Below are positions 12,302 to 24,840 of a stretch of DNA of 64,000 bases, piece after piece. The notes below the pieces were generated by a model. That model was not told the DNA's origin, made no database searches, and saw only the letters and a program-made list of their open reading frames with translations. Made by a program: the position numbers and the translations under genes. How positions within the stretch are numbered: position 1 is the stretch's first letter; each line of letters opens with the position of its first letter. Source of the stretch: Lama guanicoe (lineage: Eukaryota); assembly GCA_013239625.1 (NCBI GenBank), contig MU053156.1:312467-376466 (forward strand), given 5' to 3'.

Positions 12302-13414
12302 GTATGGTGTGATCCAGCTCGCACCATTCCCAGCTCACTCACAATCAAGGGGAGAAGGTCGTGAATTACAGACATGGAGGCCGACACCTTAGTCTCAGTC
12401 ATGCTTATTAAAAACAGGTGATCATCTGCAGGCAGCCTGGTGGCCCAGCAGCCCGAGGGGTAGCATTCTTTCATAGTGACACCTCTCCCCGCTCCCATTC
12501 TCTCCACACAGAGTGCCCAAGAGCAGGGAGCTCGAGTCAGGGTCAGCTCTTTCCCTTCTGGTTGGTTCACGTTGTACGTTCCCACGGCCCCTTACCCTCA
12601 TGTGCGCAGCGGGTTTGCGGGGTCCCTCCTGAGTTCTCAGAGATGCAGCGGAGTCCCCAGTTAGCCGTCTCGATTAGCGCGATCAGAGCAATCCTCCAGG
12701 TCGGTTCCTGGAGCAGCCTTTGGTCCTCCTTGTTTGGTCTTCACCTTCCCCTTGTAAGTTAGAAGCTGCCTGTGGTTCAGCCAGCCACCCACCCACCTTT
12801 AAGGATGGGTAACTGCCCCATCTGCTTCCCTGTGGAGTTGGCAGGTATGCAGAGCACAGAGTGACTGCAGCCTGGGAGTGGGGCCTCCTGGGCCACCTGT
12901 GTGGAGTTGCCAGCCTCCCTGGCCTCCGTCTCCTCCCCTCCCAGGAGAGACGCAGCCCAGCTGATGTCTCAGAGCCTTTCCCAGCTGGAACTTGCAGTGA
13001 CTTCTGCTCACCACTTGGAGTAGTGGTTTAAGAAGCAAAAGCAAGGGAGCCAGCACCCCAGCCTCACCGGCAGCTGGAGGAGCAGCTGATGGGCCAGTTT
13101 CCCAGCAGCTTCCTGCAAGCGGGCTCGTGGACGGTCCTTCGTGCCTGCACAGGAATCACATCTGCCGTGTGCGGAGAGGAGTGCGAGGGCCCGTGTCCTG
13201 GCCTGGGGGCCGGGGGCGGCTGCTCCTGCTCTCTCAGCATCGTTTCGATGCTGCTTGGCTTTGGGCACACGGCCAGTCAGGAGGCGTTGACGCGGCGGCT
13301 GTCCGCAGTCCTGCGTGCTGGGAGCAGGGGGTACTCTTAGGTTAGCCCGGTGTTTCTTTGTCCCTCCCTGGGGACCAGAATCCAGCTTTATCACTTGTTT
13401 CAGTTGTTGCACAG

Positions 13415-13551
13415 AGGAAGCAGATGACATTCCTGGACCGGTGACCTGGGAGCCAAGGTCTGAGAGCTCCATCTTTTTAAAGTGGCCAGAACCTGAGAAT
13501 CCCTGTGGAGCGATTCTCATCTATGAAATAAAACATGGACCACACGTCGAG
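13415..13551 (+). pseudogene. IGF1R: IGF1R exon 12 homolog (137 bp)
   Basis: [44 protein letters not shown]|gtaag. Confidence 0.95.
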
Positions 13552-14013
13552 GTAAGACGGGGCGGTGGCCCGTGTCTGGGTGTGTTTCCATCACAGGGGA
13601 TAGCGGAAGTTAGGCTGTGACACGGAGCACCTCCTGGTTAGCTTAGGACTTTAAACAATAAAGTAAGGAGGTAAGTCAGTGAGGACTTAGATCTTTCTAC
13701 CTGTTCCACGCTCCTTGAGGAATTCTCAGAGTGTGCCAGGAGCTGGCTTATTCTCACCCTCAAGGCACTCCTGTGTTGCAGAAAATGATTTTTCAGTCTA
13801 TATTACATTCGGCTTAATGATTTAGTCTTTCTGGAACTCTTTTTGATTAAAAAAATAAGGTTTGGTTAGCTTGGGTGTGCTGAGTTAAGAGGACTGCCAT
13901 GGTGTAAGGCTTGGCTTTTCCCCCTTTACTGCAAATCGGGGTCACTGTTAGGTGGGAATTGCCTGTTCCTCACATGTTGGTGGGAAACTGACACATGTGT
14001 TTTATTTCCCCAG

Positions 14014-14169
14014 CATCAGCGGGGATGTGTGTCCTGACAGGAGCACAGGAAGTGTGCAGGGGCCAGGCTGAGCCGGCTCACCAGGGGAGCTACACGGCCC
14101 GGATCCAGGCCACCTCTGTCTCTGGCAGTGGGTTGTGGACCAATCCTGTGTTCTACGTCCAGGCCAAAA
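14014..14169 (+). pseudogene. IGF1R: IGF1R exon 13 homolog
   Basis: HQRGCVS*QEHRK...[28 protein letters not shown]|gtaag; one stop and one frameshift. Confidence 0.92.
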
Positions 14170-15469
14170 GTAAGGCTTGTGGAGGGAGTAGCTGGTAAAA
14201 CTGAGAACAAGTGGGGCCAGGACTGGGGAGGCCTGGGTCATTGTGGCCCTCTGATTTTCTGACTTCTGTGGGCCAGCTTTCAGAAGCCAGCACCTCATCT
14301 GAGAGCCCAGGCTGGGGACCTGTGGTGCTTGGAGTCCCACACCTTATCTGATGGGCTAGGAGAGGGTCTGAGCCCCTCTTTCGATGGAGTCAGCAAGGGG
14401 CCTTTGCTCTCAACTTGGTTTACGTCTAAAGCATTTTACACAGCACTGCATTGAACATTCTGCCTCCTGCATTGTCAGGGATGCTGACTGGGGCTCAGGC
14501 TCAGGGCTTAGAATCCCAAGGTGGGGTGGAGACCTGGGAGGCGCCTCCATCTGGTCCCGCTGCTCTGGGCCAAGAGTCACTGTGACAGCACCCCAGGCTG
14601 AGGCATGGTCCCCTTCACTGCTTCTTGGTAAAACACAGGTACACATTTAAAGCAGCAACACACGTTGAAAACACAGTGCTCAGCGCTTGCCACAGAGACT
14701 GGGCCATGTTGTGAGTTTATGCTCAAACCATTGCCAAGACAGAGTTCTTTGTACATCCTTCAAGCTTATGTTATACCTAATAGTTTGTACGTCTTGACCT
14801 CCTCCCCCTACATTGCCTCCCTCCCTCCCCCCACTGGGAACCACTAGAGAAATTTATTTTTGATTATGGTGTTAGGTGGGGCTCCAAGTTCATTGTCACC
14901 TGATAATCACATGGGCCTGGGTCTAGGTCCTGGTTCTCTATTTGTTCCTTTGGTCTGTATTTAACCCTGCACCAACTTCACACCGCCGTTGGCCGAGACC
15001 CCCCAGCTTCCCAACGCAGGTGAGGTAGAGCACCGCACAGGCCAGGGCAGGGGCTCAGGGCTGGAATGGCAGAAAATCTGAACTTGTAGAGAGACGGGCC
15101 CAGGGTCAAGCTGGCTGAAGCCAAGAGCCCTGCCCCCGAACAGGTCTTGGGGGATCTGGCAGGGATGGGAGGAGACCTCAAGAATCTCTGTGTGCTGAAG
15201 TTGGGTTTACCACCCTGGCTCTCCCTTTAGCCTTCTCTGTGCCGTTTATTTTTCCATGCCTCAATTGGCCCATCTGTAAAATGGGAACTCTATGTAAGGG
15301 ACTCCGTGGAGACCTGCGTCCCATTGCTGCCAATGACCACTGTGGGGCCTGGGCGAGCCTCTGCTCCCCCTTGGGGCTCCATTTCACCAGCCGTAAGATG
15401 ACGGGTTTGGACGGGGCAGGCTTTAGGGATTCTCTCTTCAAGCTGGGATTCAGATAAGCCTCAACCTGA

Positions 15470-15890
15470 GCCCAGGAAATGTGGGTTCTGTGACCTTGGC
15501 CAAGGCCCTTCACCTTTCTGAGCTGCCTCAGTTTCCTCACCTGCAAAATGGGGACCACACAGGTCCCTACCTCAGAGGGTGGTCGTGTAGCTTTGAAACA
15601 ATCCACGTAAAAGACAGATCCCATAGGAACTGCCCAAGAACTCCCAGTTCCTGTTAGTAGAGGGAGTCAGTGCAGAGCTCAGGAGTCAGGCAGCCTGGGC
15701 TGGGATTCAGAACCCACCAGGTGAGGACATCCCTGGAAGAGCTACTGTTCTCGCTGGGCCTCAGTTTCCTCAGCTGTAGATTGGGGATGATAACAGTTCC
15801 CTAGGACTGATTACAGGCTGTGAGGATGAAAGACAGAACCATGTAACACACCTGGCACGGTGCCTGGTCCGCAGCAGGCACCCAAAATCT
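15470..15890 (+). mobile_element. MIR SINE remnants (two)
   Basis: MIR core motifs gcctcagtttcctcacctgcaaaatgggg (~15525) and gcctcagtttcctcagctgtagattggggatgataacag (~15758). Confidence 0.75.
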
Positions 15891-16279
15891 GCCAAAGGTG
15901 AGGCTGAAGACGCGGGTGGTGAGAAAACAGCTCCAGGCAGATGCATCAAAGCCCTTTGACCCCCAGCCCTCTACATGGACATTCCCTTCTGGCGTGGGTC
16001 CCTTTGCTCTCTGGGTCTGATGTCCTCATCTCAGCCAGAAGGTTCAGGATCTTGTAGGGGCCACACACTCCTCAGTCCTGGGAGCCCCTAAATCCTGCCA
16101 TTATTAGCTCCCTGTTTCAAACTGCAGCAGTGATGGGGGCCTCAAGCGATAACCTGCTTCTTGACCAAAAGTGGGGGGAGGGGAACTGGGGAACCTTCTG
16201 ACCACCCTCCTTGATCCCTGTCATCCTTAGGGCCAAGGAATTTAGAGCACCTGGGGAGAAGGCCGGATTTGGTGTTGGA

Positions 16280-16425
16280 ATAAGAAAGCTTGGATCTGCT
16301 GCAGACTAGCTGAGTGCTTCCAGGGGCCTCAGCATCCTCATCTCTGAAGTGGGGAAATGCTGCTCTCCGGCTTGGAGATTAGAGAATTCTGGGAAAGGGC
16401 CCGGCTCACAGTAGGTGCTTAAGTC
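16280..16425 (+). mobile_element. MIR remnant
   Basis: gcctcagcatcctcatctctgaagtgggg...cacagtaggtgcttaag. Confidence 0.55.
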
Positions 16426-17298
16426 ATGTCGGCATCTCCACTCCCCTAGTCAGGGAGAAAGGGGAGTTGGCTCATGTCCAGAGCTCTGCCTGGTGTGTGT
16501 GCCCGCTGGCACTGGGGGTGTGGGGAGGGCTAGCTGCCAGCCTGAGGCAGGTTTGAAGGAACATCACGGTATCAGGAGCTGAAACTCTGGCCCCGAGCTC
16601 TGCCTTCAAAGCCGCTCGCGTGGGTCAGCATCCCTGCAGAATAGCTGAGCAGTGACCCTGGAAACCAGGGACATGAGCTGCCCCGTTGCCCCCTCACCTT
16701 GCAGGCAGTACACATGGTGGACATAGTTGTCCTGGTCATCACAGTTCAGATTGTCCGTCACAGCTCACCATCAGGATGGCTTTACCCACCAGGCCCCCAG
16801 ACCCACTGCCGCTGCCAATGGCAAAGCAGAGCTGGTGGCGGGGTCCCAGAACAGACCAGCACGTCCCTCCCCCGTGTCCCCCTGGCCAACCTCCAAACCC
16901 CATCTCCTCATCTTCACCCCACCCTCTGAGGACAGGTCCACTCCTGCTCAAGAAATGGAAATGGCTCCCTAGTGCCCACACCGTCAAGTTCAACTACACG
17001 GCTCTTTCATGGATGTCCATGTTATGTCTCCAGCCAGCATCCTCTTTCCCTAGGCAACTTCCTGACTGTAAGATCCATTCCTCCCTCCAGGTGTTGGCCC
17101 CTGCCGTCCCCGCACCTGGAATGTCGTCCTTCTGGCATCGCTCTGGAGCCCAGCTCAAGTGGACTTCAAGTGAGCCCTTCTTGCTCACAAGCCCATGTTG
17201 ACCTTCTTCTCTGAGCCCCCAGTGCATTAAGTGCCACCGCAGTCCAGCCCAAAGCTCTTGGTTTCATCCTTGGTAGGTTTCATGTTTCACCACGTTTA

Positions 17299-17522
17299 AG
17301 GGCTTGACATACTGCTGGCCAAGGGCCACATTGGGCTCAGCCACTGCCTGTGTTTCTAAGTTAATTTTTATTAGAACATTGTCCCATCCCTTTGTTTCCA
17401 TGTTGCCTGCAGCTCTGTCATCCCACAGTGGCAGAATCAAGTAATTCAGCAGAGACAGAATGGCTCTCAAAGCCTCAAATATTTACTAGCTTGCTCTTGC
17501 AGAAAATGTTTGCTGACCCCCA
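17299..17522 (+). mobile_element. MER58A-like hAT-Charlie DNA transposon remnant
   Basis: ttttattagaacattgtcccatccc...aaagcctcaaatatttactag...gcagaaaatgtttgctgacccc resembles the MER58A consensus as recalled. Confidence 0.75.
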
Positions 17523-18479
17523 GTCTAGACTGAAAATCCAGAAGGACTTTTCCCTTCAAAGGAAGGTTTGGGCACCTGTGTGCTTGAAAATTCTTGATGA
17601 TTTTTCTCCCAGTGGAAGAGCCCCAGGCATGCCTGGTTCCTCTTTGGCCCCCCCGCCCCGACCTCGGCATCAGCCGGGAGGCAGGGGAACACCTGAGGGG
17701 CCTCATCCCTCTTAACCCAGCCTGGAGCAGCTCCAAGCTCCATCCCCCATTCTGAGCCCAGCCAGAGATCCCCTGCCTTGTCCACAAAGCCCCTGTCCTG
17801 CCTGATTTCACAGTTCAGGTCGCAGTCCAGGGCTATGTCTGCAAGGGGAGGGCAGAGGGTAAGTCATGACAGGGTTCCCAGGAGCCCAACACAGGCCCGT
17901 GGCCTCCACCTTCTAACCTGTCTCAGGACCCACCTGGGGCCAGGCAGACAAGTCATTTCTAAGAAGACACTGCCCAGAGGTGGGAACATCTGGAGCCCCC
18001 CACCCTGGGCTAGGGGCAGGGGCCTTGAGGAGGAAGAAGGGTCAGAGCAAAGGTCAACTGCTGCCCCCTCCAGGAAGCATTCCATGAACTCTCTCTCTTC
18101 TGCATCCCTACAGTCCTCGCTGTCTGGGGTGTGCCCTGTACGGAGCCCGGGTCACCCTGGACACTCTTGGTCTGTGTGAAGCTGCTTCACCTCTTTGGGA
18201 CTGGGGCAGTGAGCCTGAACTCTGGTGTCAGACAGTCGTGGATGTGAATCTGGGCGGGAACCTACTGACTGTGTGGCTTCTCTGAGCCTCAGCTTTTTCC
18301 CAATTCCCAAATCTCTTCCCACCTTCTTGACCTTTCTCCCTAGAAACGTGGGGAGATTTTATAATACCAATGAAACATTCAATGGGGAGAGAGAGACTCT
18401 GAGAGAAGACCCCCAGCCCCCAGTATAGAGAATTTGACATGATTTTTAATCGTGTGAAATGACACCCGATCACCGTGCA

Positions 18480-19508
18480 ACAGGGCATGAATCTCACAAA
18501 CAGAACGTGAGGCAAAAGAAGTTCAGCCCCAAAGGACGTGTGTAATATGATTCCATCCATAGGAAATTCCAATATAGACCAAAGTAGACTGTATGATTTG
18601 GGTGTACGTATTCAGATGATAAAGCCATAAAGAAGAGCATGAAATTCTCATCACAAGATAGCGGTTACCTCTGCGGGAGGGAGGGGCTGTGGTCAGAGGG
18701 GAGCTTGGGGACAGGGTGTGCTTTGGGGAGCTGGTCACGTTCCGTGTGCTGTTTCTTGACCTTGCTCAAGTGTTTGCTTTGCATCTGTTCATTTTTTTTC
18801 TTGTGTTATTTCTTTTTTTTTTAAATTTTTTATTGATTTATAATCATTGTACAATGTTCTGTCAAATGCATCTATTCGTTAATAGATACACACACATAAA
18901 ATAAAGCTTTGTACACCTTTCTGTATGTGTATTTTCTTTTTTTTATCAAAAAATTGTAATTGAAGTATAACCAGTTTACAGTGTTGTCAGTTTCTGGTGC
19001 ACAGCCTGATGTTTCAGTCATACATGTACATACGTATATTCCTTTTCATATTTTTTCATTATAGGTTGCTACAAAATACTGAATATAGTTCCCTGTGCTA
19101 TACAGTAGAAATTTGTTTTTTCTGTATATGTGTTTTCCAGTGAGTGAGGATGTGTTTGTGTTCTGGGAGGGGGAGGCAGAGAGATACCCAATCTCAATCC
19201 TAATGAAAGGAAGGCAAATTAAAGCAACGGTGAGAATCTGACCTCTCAGATTGTCCAAACTGGAAAAGGTTGATAATGTACAGTGTTGGCAAGGCACTTT
19301 TTTTTTTTTTTTTAGGGAGGGATAAATTAGGAGTTTGGGATTAACAGATACACATGACTCTATATAAAATACAAATAACAAGGTCCTACTGTAGAGTACA
19401 GGGACCTATATTCAGCTTCTTGTAATGACATATAATGGGAAAAAATCTGAAGAGAACTATATATGTATTTGTATGTGTAACTGAATCACTTTGCTGTACA
19501 TCTGAAAC
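18480..19508. mobile_element. Cluster of L1 3'-end fragments in both orientations
   Basis: Old L1 3' UTR (18480-18930, +), L1 3' end (18935-19120, -) and L1 3' end (19315-19508, +; gggataaattaggagtttgggattaacagatacac). Confidence 0.7.
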
Positions 19509-20037
19509 TGTTACCGAGTCCCAAACTCTGCTCGCTGCACGACAGGCCAATAAATCGAAAGACAAGGTGTTGGGGAAAAGAGTAGTGACTTTATTTGGAA
19601 AGCTGGCAGACCTAGAGGGTGGCAGACTAATTTGTTGGAGAACCATCCTCCCCCAGTCAAAGTACAAGCTCCTTGTATACAACAACAACAACAAAAAGGG
19701 CAGGGGAGTGGTTGTCCGTTGCAAACTTCTTGCTGCAGGAATTGTTTGTTTCTGCAGCTGTCCACATGGGTCAGGCCATGGTGCTCCTGCAAAACCTCCA
19801 ACAAAACAAATGTTATTTTCTATTCTGCAGCTTGTTACCTTTATAGGACTGCAGAAGTGTTACCATCCTTAAAGGTCAGAACCTTGAGAACAGGCTCTGC
19901 TGTCTATTTCAGGCTAAATGCAACATTGTCTCACAAAAGGAGCACAGCTGGCAAGACCAAGCCTAGAGCACAGGGCACCGGGTTAAAGGAAAAGGAACAA
20001 ATCTAAGGTGGACTCAGCCTTGTTCTTTCCTATTACA
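19509..20037 (-). mobile_element. Solo ERV LTR (ERV1-like), 529 bp
   Basis: TG...CA termini (tgttacc...tattaca); minus-strand AATAAA near 19590; U5-like gatttattggcctgtcgtgcagcgagcagag; no clear target-site duplication. Confidence 0.75.
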
Positions 20038-20263
20038 GCACCAGTATTTGTTACCGTCACTGTTTTTTAAACTGCGTATGAAAGGATGCTCAACTTCACT
20101 AGTTATTAGAGAAATGCAAATCCAACAGTGTATTAAAAAATCCAAAGTAATCAAAAGCAGAGCTTAGGACAGTGAACCCTCTGTGCCCATCTGCTGCAAG
20201 GATCACGAGCTCCTGCCACTCTTGTTGGACAGACGCTCAACATCCCTGCCCCTAAGCAATTCT

Positions 20264-20374
20264 GGGTTGGGGGGTAATTAGGTTTATTTATTTTAATGGA
20301 GATACTGGGGACTGAAGCCAGGACCTTGTGCAGGCTAGGCACACGCTCTACCACTGAGCTGTACCCTCTCCCCC
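20264..20374 (-). mobile_element. tRNA-Ala-derived SINE (camelid Vic-1-like)
   Basis: Reverse complement gggtacagctcagtggtagagcgtgtgcctagcctgcacaaggtcctggcttcagtccccagtatctccatt, with an A/T tail and aattacccc. Confidence 0.85.
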
Positions 20375-20739
20375 TACCCAAGCTTTTCTGACACACGTCC
20401 AATACATCATTTCAGCCCTGAATACTTAAATGATTCATACTCACTTAACTATATTAAATTACTAATTACACCAATGAACAGGCCCTAAAGTCAAACAAAA
20501 TTGGCCATGAGTCCTCTGGCCACACAGATGTACATCCCCACCCTGGTCACCTTTCATATGGACCCTTGGCAAGATATTCTGGAAAGGGACTGTATATGGC
20601 AGGTTACATACTCCTCAAGATTAGAACAAAGAGAGAGAAGGTCGCATTAGGAAGTTTATCTCACAGCAAAAATGGACAAATCAGTGCTGAAAACAAGGCA
20701 CATCTTTGTCATTTAACGTAAAATTAATGGAGTCTCGGG

Positions 20740-20860
20740 GCCAGTGGAAACGTTCTCTGCTGTCCTCCGAGGTACTGCCAGCCACGGGTGGTGATCAAAT
20801 CCTTGGAATGTGGCTGAGAAACTGAATTTTCAGTTTACTTTGACTAATTTTAATGTGGAC
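20740..20860 (+). mobile_element. MER3-like DNA transposon fragment
   Basis: tggaaacgttctctgctgtcc...ttggaatgtggctgagaaactgaattttcagttt. Confidence 0.5.
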
Positions 20861-22186
20861 ACACACGAACCCAGCCTTGAACATAGCCTTTGCTTTCCAG
20901 CATTTCCGGTCTGACAGCCCTCCCTGCACAGGCAGAAAGAAGGCACTTCCTGTGCAAACAGGGCAGGAGGCAGCAGGAAGGGGTGGCACCAGTGTCCCCA
21001 GAGCCCAAAGTTCCGAGCAGTGGCCCTGAGCATGCTGCTGGATCACCAGCTCCTTCAGAGCTGACGACACCCTGCACCACGCACGGCCCAGCCACTCTCC
21101 AGGAGAACGCACCACGGAGAGAAAGTTTGCTTCCAGCATCACATCGAGAGAACTCCCAGAGCCCCACCGTGCACCCAAAGGTGGTCAAGCACAGGGCACC
21201 CTTCCCGAATCCGGGGCCCGCAAACGGGTGGGCTCCCCCGACCGCGGTGCCTTCACCTCAGGGCAGAGGACAAGCAGGAGTTCCCATGCCTCCTACTCTC
21301 CACCCACCCTGAAACTGTAATAAAGCAGGTTATTAAGCAGAGAAGTGGGCATCAGAGGGTCACAGCATACTGACTGCCAAGAGTTTCCCTTGAGCTCCTC
21401 CAAGGTGACAGCAAAGCTAGGACCAAGAGGAGGGAGAAAAGGCTTTCTGTCCCTAACAGGTGAGGGTCCTGTTGTCACCTAACAGACACCCAACGCAGCA
21501 GCCAGCCAGCCAGCCCGCCCCGGCTCCACCAGAACCCTCCGGAGGGAGGCTGACCCCCCCCGCTCCTGGTCACCTGTGTCCAAATCCTGTGTGCAGAATA
21601 CATGTGACAGACACCCTCTGGGCCAGCATGCACAGGACCTGCTCCTGGGCCTCCTGCACTAGGAGAGTTGGGGGGACACACTCAAGGAAGGAAAGCATCG
21701 ACAGTGAGGTACACCTTGGAAACACAGGAAGGAGGGTGGTATCCATGGGAGCCTATGCAGCTACGAAAAGGCTGAGGAATGTCATCACTTACCCATGTGC
21801 TGTGGTCTCCAGGACATATTTACTGTCAAGTGAGAAATGCAAACTGGAGACAGGTGATTGGCCCGCCTGCACCAACAGAGGGCGGGAGGGCATTTGCAAG
21901 GTGACTGACCGCAAGAAAGTGGCCCGGCCAGTGGGTGGCATCATGGGGACAGAGCCACACAGACAGAGAGGGATCTCTAATGGTGGTAAAGCGCCTGCCC
22001 ACTGGCAATGCCACTCCAGATCCTGTCTAACATTTATATTTTAATCAAAAACATGTTTCTTCATCTCACAGGAAAACAACTGTGAGTTACATATGCTTTG
22101 TTCTGTGTTTGCCTCTGGGGTGACCTGATGGGGCCCATCCCCAGCAGAGCCCAGGCCCCCCCTACCTGTCCCCACGTGACTCTCAC

Positions 22187-22329
22187 CCTGACCAGGATCT
22201 GTGGTTGCTGCCTCTTGGCCAAATCAACAATGTCCTCTCCATTAAAAGTAATGTTTTCTAAACATCCATCAAAGTTTTTCCTTGAAATGTCACTGATTTT
22301 CCAGGTGCTAACATCCTTCCAAATGTGAT
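22187..22329 (-). pseudogene. CNTNAP-like exon 7 homolog
   Basis: tttctaag|ITFGRMLAPGKSVTF /frameshift/ KNFDGCLENITFNGEDIVDLAKRQQPQILVR|gtgag. Confidence 0.88.
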
Positions 22330-23674
22330 CTTAGAAAAATGACATCAATATATTCTCTAGTGATTTTCTGATAGTTTGCTTGAAAGAGTCACAATTCACA
22401 GGTTCAGCAGTAAGAGTCAGAGGTAGGTCTATTCTGCATAATTACGTATTGTTGTGTTAGTTTTTAGTGAAATTCTGAGATGCAGATCCTGCCTGAGTTC
22501 ACACACAGCTGCTGCCCCCACACGAGAGCGCAGCATCTCTAGTTAGGGGCACTGGGGCGACAGCTGCAGGGCGGCCAGGCCTGGGGGCCCTGGAGCAGCA
22601 CACGGACCCCTCCTCCTTGTCACACCTGCCTGGGCTCCTCCAGAGCCGGGGAAGCTGCATCCCTGGGGAGGGCCATGTGCAGTGCTGGCAGGGTGGGGGT
22701 GAGGACCCAGTCCCCGGGCCTCAGAGGGGCAGCCTGGGGTGCAGCCCCCCCACCCAGTTCCTTGCAGGAACAGGGGGCAGGCTCAGCCATCCTGCCCGGA
22801 CCCCCTCCTGCCCTGCTCTCCCCAGGGTGGTCCATCCTTGGTGTCCCAAGGACCCCCCCATCTGTAAACTCATGTATCAGACCAACTGTCAGATCTGGCT
22901 GTGGCCGGACTTGGGGAAAGGGAGGGGACACCCATCTTCACATCCCTGGAACAGGATGCTTTGATCGGTGCAAAAATCATCTTGAGTGAAAACCTGAAAT
23001 GATTTTCTAGCTTATATACACCTCTGGATGGAATACACATCCATCTGTGTATAAAATACGATCTTGTCTTTGCCAGTACACAGAGCAGTAAGATCACAGA
23101 TGATCAAAACAGGACAAGACTTGCCCGTTGTTATGGGGGTCTGCCAAGTCCATTCATACCGAACGAATATTGGAAAACTTTTTTAGCTTGTTTTCATATA
23201 TAGTTCATAAACTTGAAATGGCTTACAAGAATGGCATTAGAACATTATATCTTACTGCAGTTTAGGTGTATGTGAGTAAGGGGTAAATGTTAGGTATTTT
23301 TAAAATGTGCTTGAATGTGCCGAATCCATGATTTGTTTGACTCTGTAACATCTGCATCTACAAGAATGCACCGCTGAGACCCAGGGGCTCAGGGCCAGAG
23401 GCTCCCAAGCCTGGGTGGAGACACCTGTCCTCTGTGCCCCCTCCCCACCGCCAGAACCAGCACAGCAGGGCCCCGGCCACCGGGCTGCAAAGTGCAGCGA
23501 CTCACCTTCAAGACGATGCACACAGGACTCGGGTACGAGGAAAGGCCTGCTTTATGGGGGTCTTCCTTCTACCTGGGCTCACCTGCACTCGAGTAGGCAG
23601 GGCTCTCTCCATGGGGTCACCTGGCCCACCGCACCCTCGTCTACCACCGTCCCCACTGCCAGGAAGCTCCGCAC

Positions 23675-23857
23675 CTCGGGGTCCTGGTCCAGGTGGCTCA
23701 GGCCTCTCCGTGCCCGGAACTGCCTGGAGTGCCTGTCCGCGGTCAGGTTCACATGCTGCTGGGTGTGTTCAAAGAGGACCAAGTGCCAGTGCTGGTCATC
23801 AGCAGCCTGCCCAGGGGGACGCCGTCGGGGCCGGACAGGGAGGGGGCTCAGTATCAC
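23675..23857 (-). pseudogene. CNTNAP-like exon 6 homolog (laminin-G)
   Basis: ctcag|GDTE...LGRL/DDQHWHLVLFEHTQQHVNLTADRHSRQFRARRGLSHLDQDPE|gtgcgg; Caspr LGSLLDDQHWH motif with frameshifts. Confidence 0.85.
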
Positions 23858-24079
23858 CTGAGCAGAGGGAAAGGGGCCATTGGCTCCCAGCCCCAGCCAA
23901 GCTTTCAGCCCCCAGAGCCCAGACTGCCGCACTGACCCCGGGCCAGGCCGCGTGCATCCCTGCAGCTCCAGCCTCGGCCTCTCTGCTTTGTTTCAAGACC
24001 TCATCTGTTCTCCTGGGGAACATCCTCTTGGCTTTGTGCTCGGATCAGTGCTGCTGCTCTGGCCCTGAGGTTGGGTAGC

Positions 24080-24262
24080 GAAGCCAGGGGACGTGGCCGG
24101 GCCTGTAGGCACTTCCTATGGTCACAATGTGGGGCATGAGTTTGTGCTACTGAATTCCGTGGGGACAGCCCGGGAGTGCTGCTCACACCCCACAACACAC
24201 GGATGCCCCCACAGGGAGCCCGCTGGTCCGAAATGTCAGCAGTGCCCAGACAGAAACCACAC
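24080..24262 (+). mobile_element. MER20-like DNA transposon remnant
   Basis: ccaggggacgtgg...ggtcacaatgtggg...gtgctactg...gtccgaaatgtcagcagtgccc. Confidence 0.6.
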
Positions 24263-24449
24263 TTGAGGGTATAAAGAGCCCCAGCCGGGCCTTATGCCAC
24301 AGCTCGTCCGTGTTAGTAGTCTGGCGTGGAAACAGCTGTGTATGCAGAGGCCCTCGTCCGTAGTGACTGCTGAAAGGCCAGGGACGAAAGCCCATCGGCA
24401 GAGATCACATGCAGTGACCGGACCATTGGTCCCTGGTGGGCCACTCTAC

Positions 24450-24652
24450 CCGAGCTGAGGAGAAGAGAGAGTCGGCCTCTCACTGGTTCCGGGCTGAGGC
24501 ACGGCCGCCTCTTCCCTCTCTGCGGAAGAGGGTCCTGCCACTCCATGTTATTTTGAATTTCAAAGAAATGATGTCTTTTAATGGACTTCTGGTACTTTGA
24601 GCAAGTCTGTAAAGCAGGGAAACTTTTCCAACAAAATCAATCACCTCAGATC
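24450..24652 (-). pseudogene. CNTNAP-like exon 5 homolog
   Basis: ctgcag|SEVIDFVGKVSLLYRLAQSTRSPLKDIISLKFK...RGRLSLLLSS|gtag; frameshifted. Confidence 0.87.
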
Positions 24653-24734
24653 CTGCAGAAAAGATAAAAGTGGTTCTAAGTTGTTAGCCTGCTGCTCATC
24701 AATGTTTTTAAGTGTGTGGAGCCGTGCAGACACA

Positions 24735-24840
24735 GAGACAAGCACACACACACAGATGCACCGTGTGCACACAAGCACGCACAACACTACACACAGATGC
24801 AGTGTGCACGTAGGCACACACACGCACACACACGTAAACA
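24735..24840. repeat. Degenerate (CA)n/GCAC-rich microsatellite
   Basis: cacacacacagatgcaccgtgtgcacacaagcacgcac...; similar tracts at 26625-26685 and 38655-38775. Confidence 0.7.

Larger units (their letters stand above)
7335..14169 (+). pseudogene. IGF1R: Partial unprocessed IGF1R pseudogene (exons 9-13; fibronectin type III/insert domain, alpha-beta cleavage region)
   Basis: Five spliced exons in IGF1R order with introns; in-frame TGA at 12076-12078 and 14035-14037; frameshifts in exons 9, 10 and 13; no transmembrane or kinase exons seen. Confidence 0.94.

Noticed and set aside
11959..12585. 208-aa minus-strand ORF
   Set aside because: Antisense shadow of IGF1R exon 11
1507..14169. Functional HERC2 or IGF1R genes
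   Set aside because: Only internal exons are present, with multiple disabling lesions
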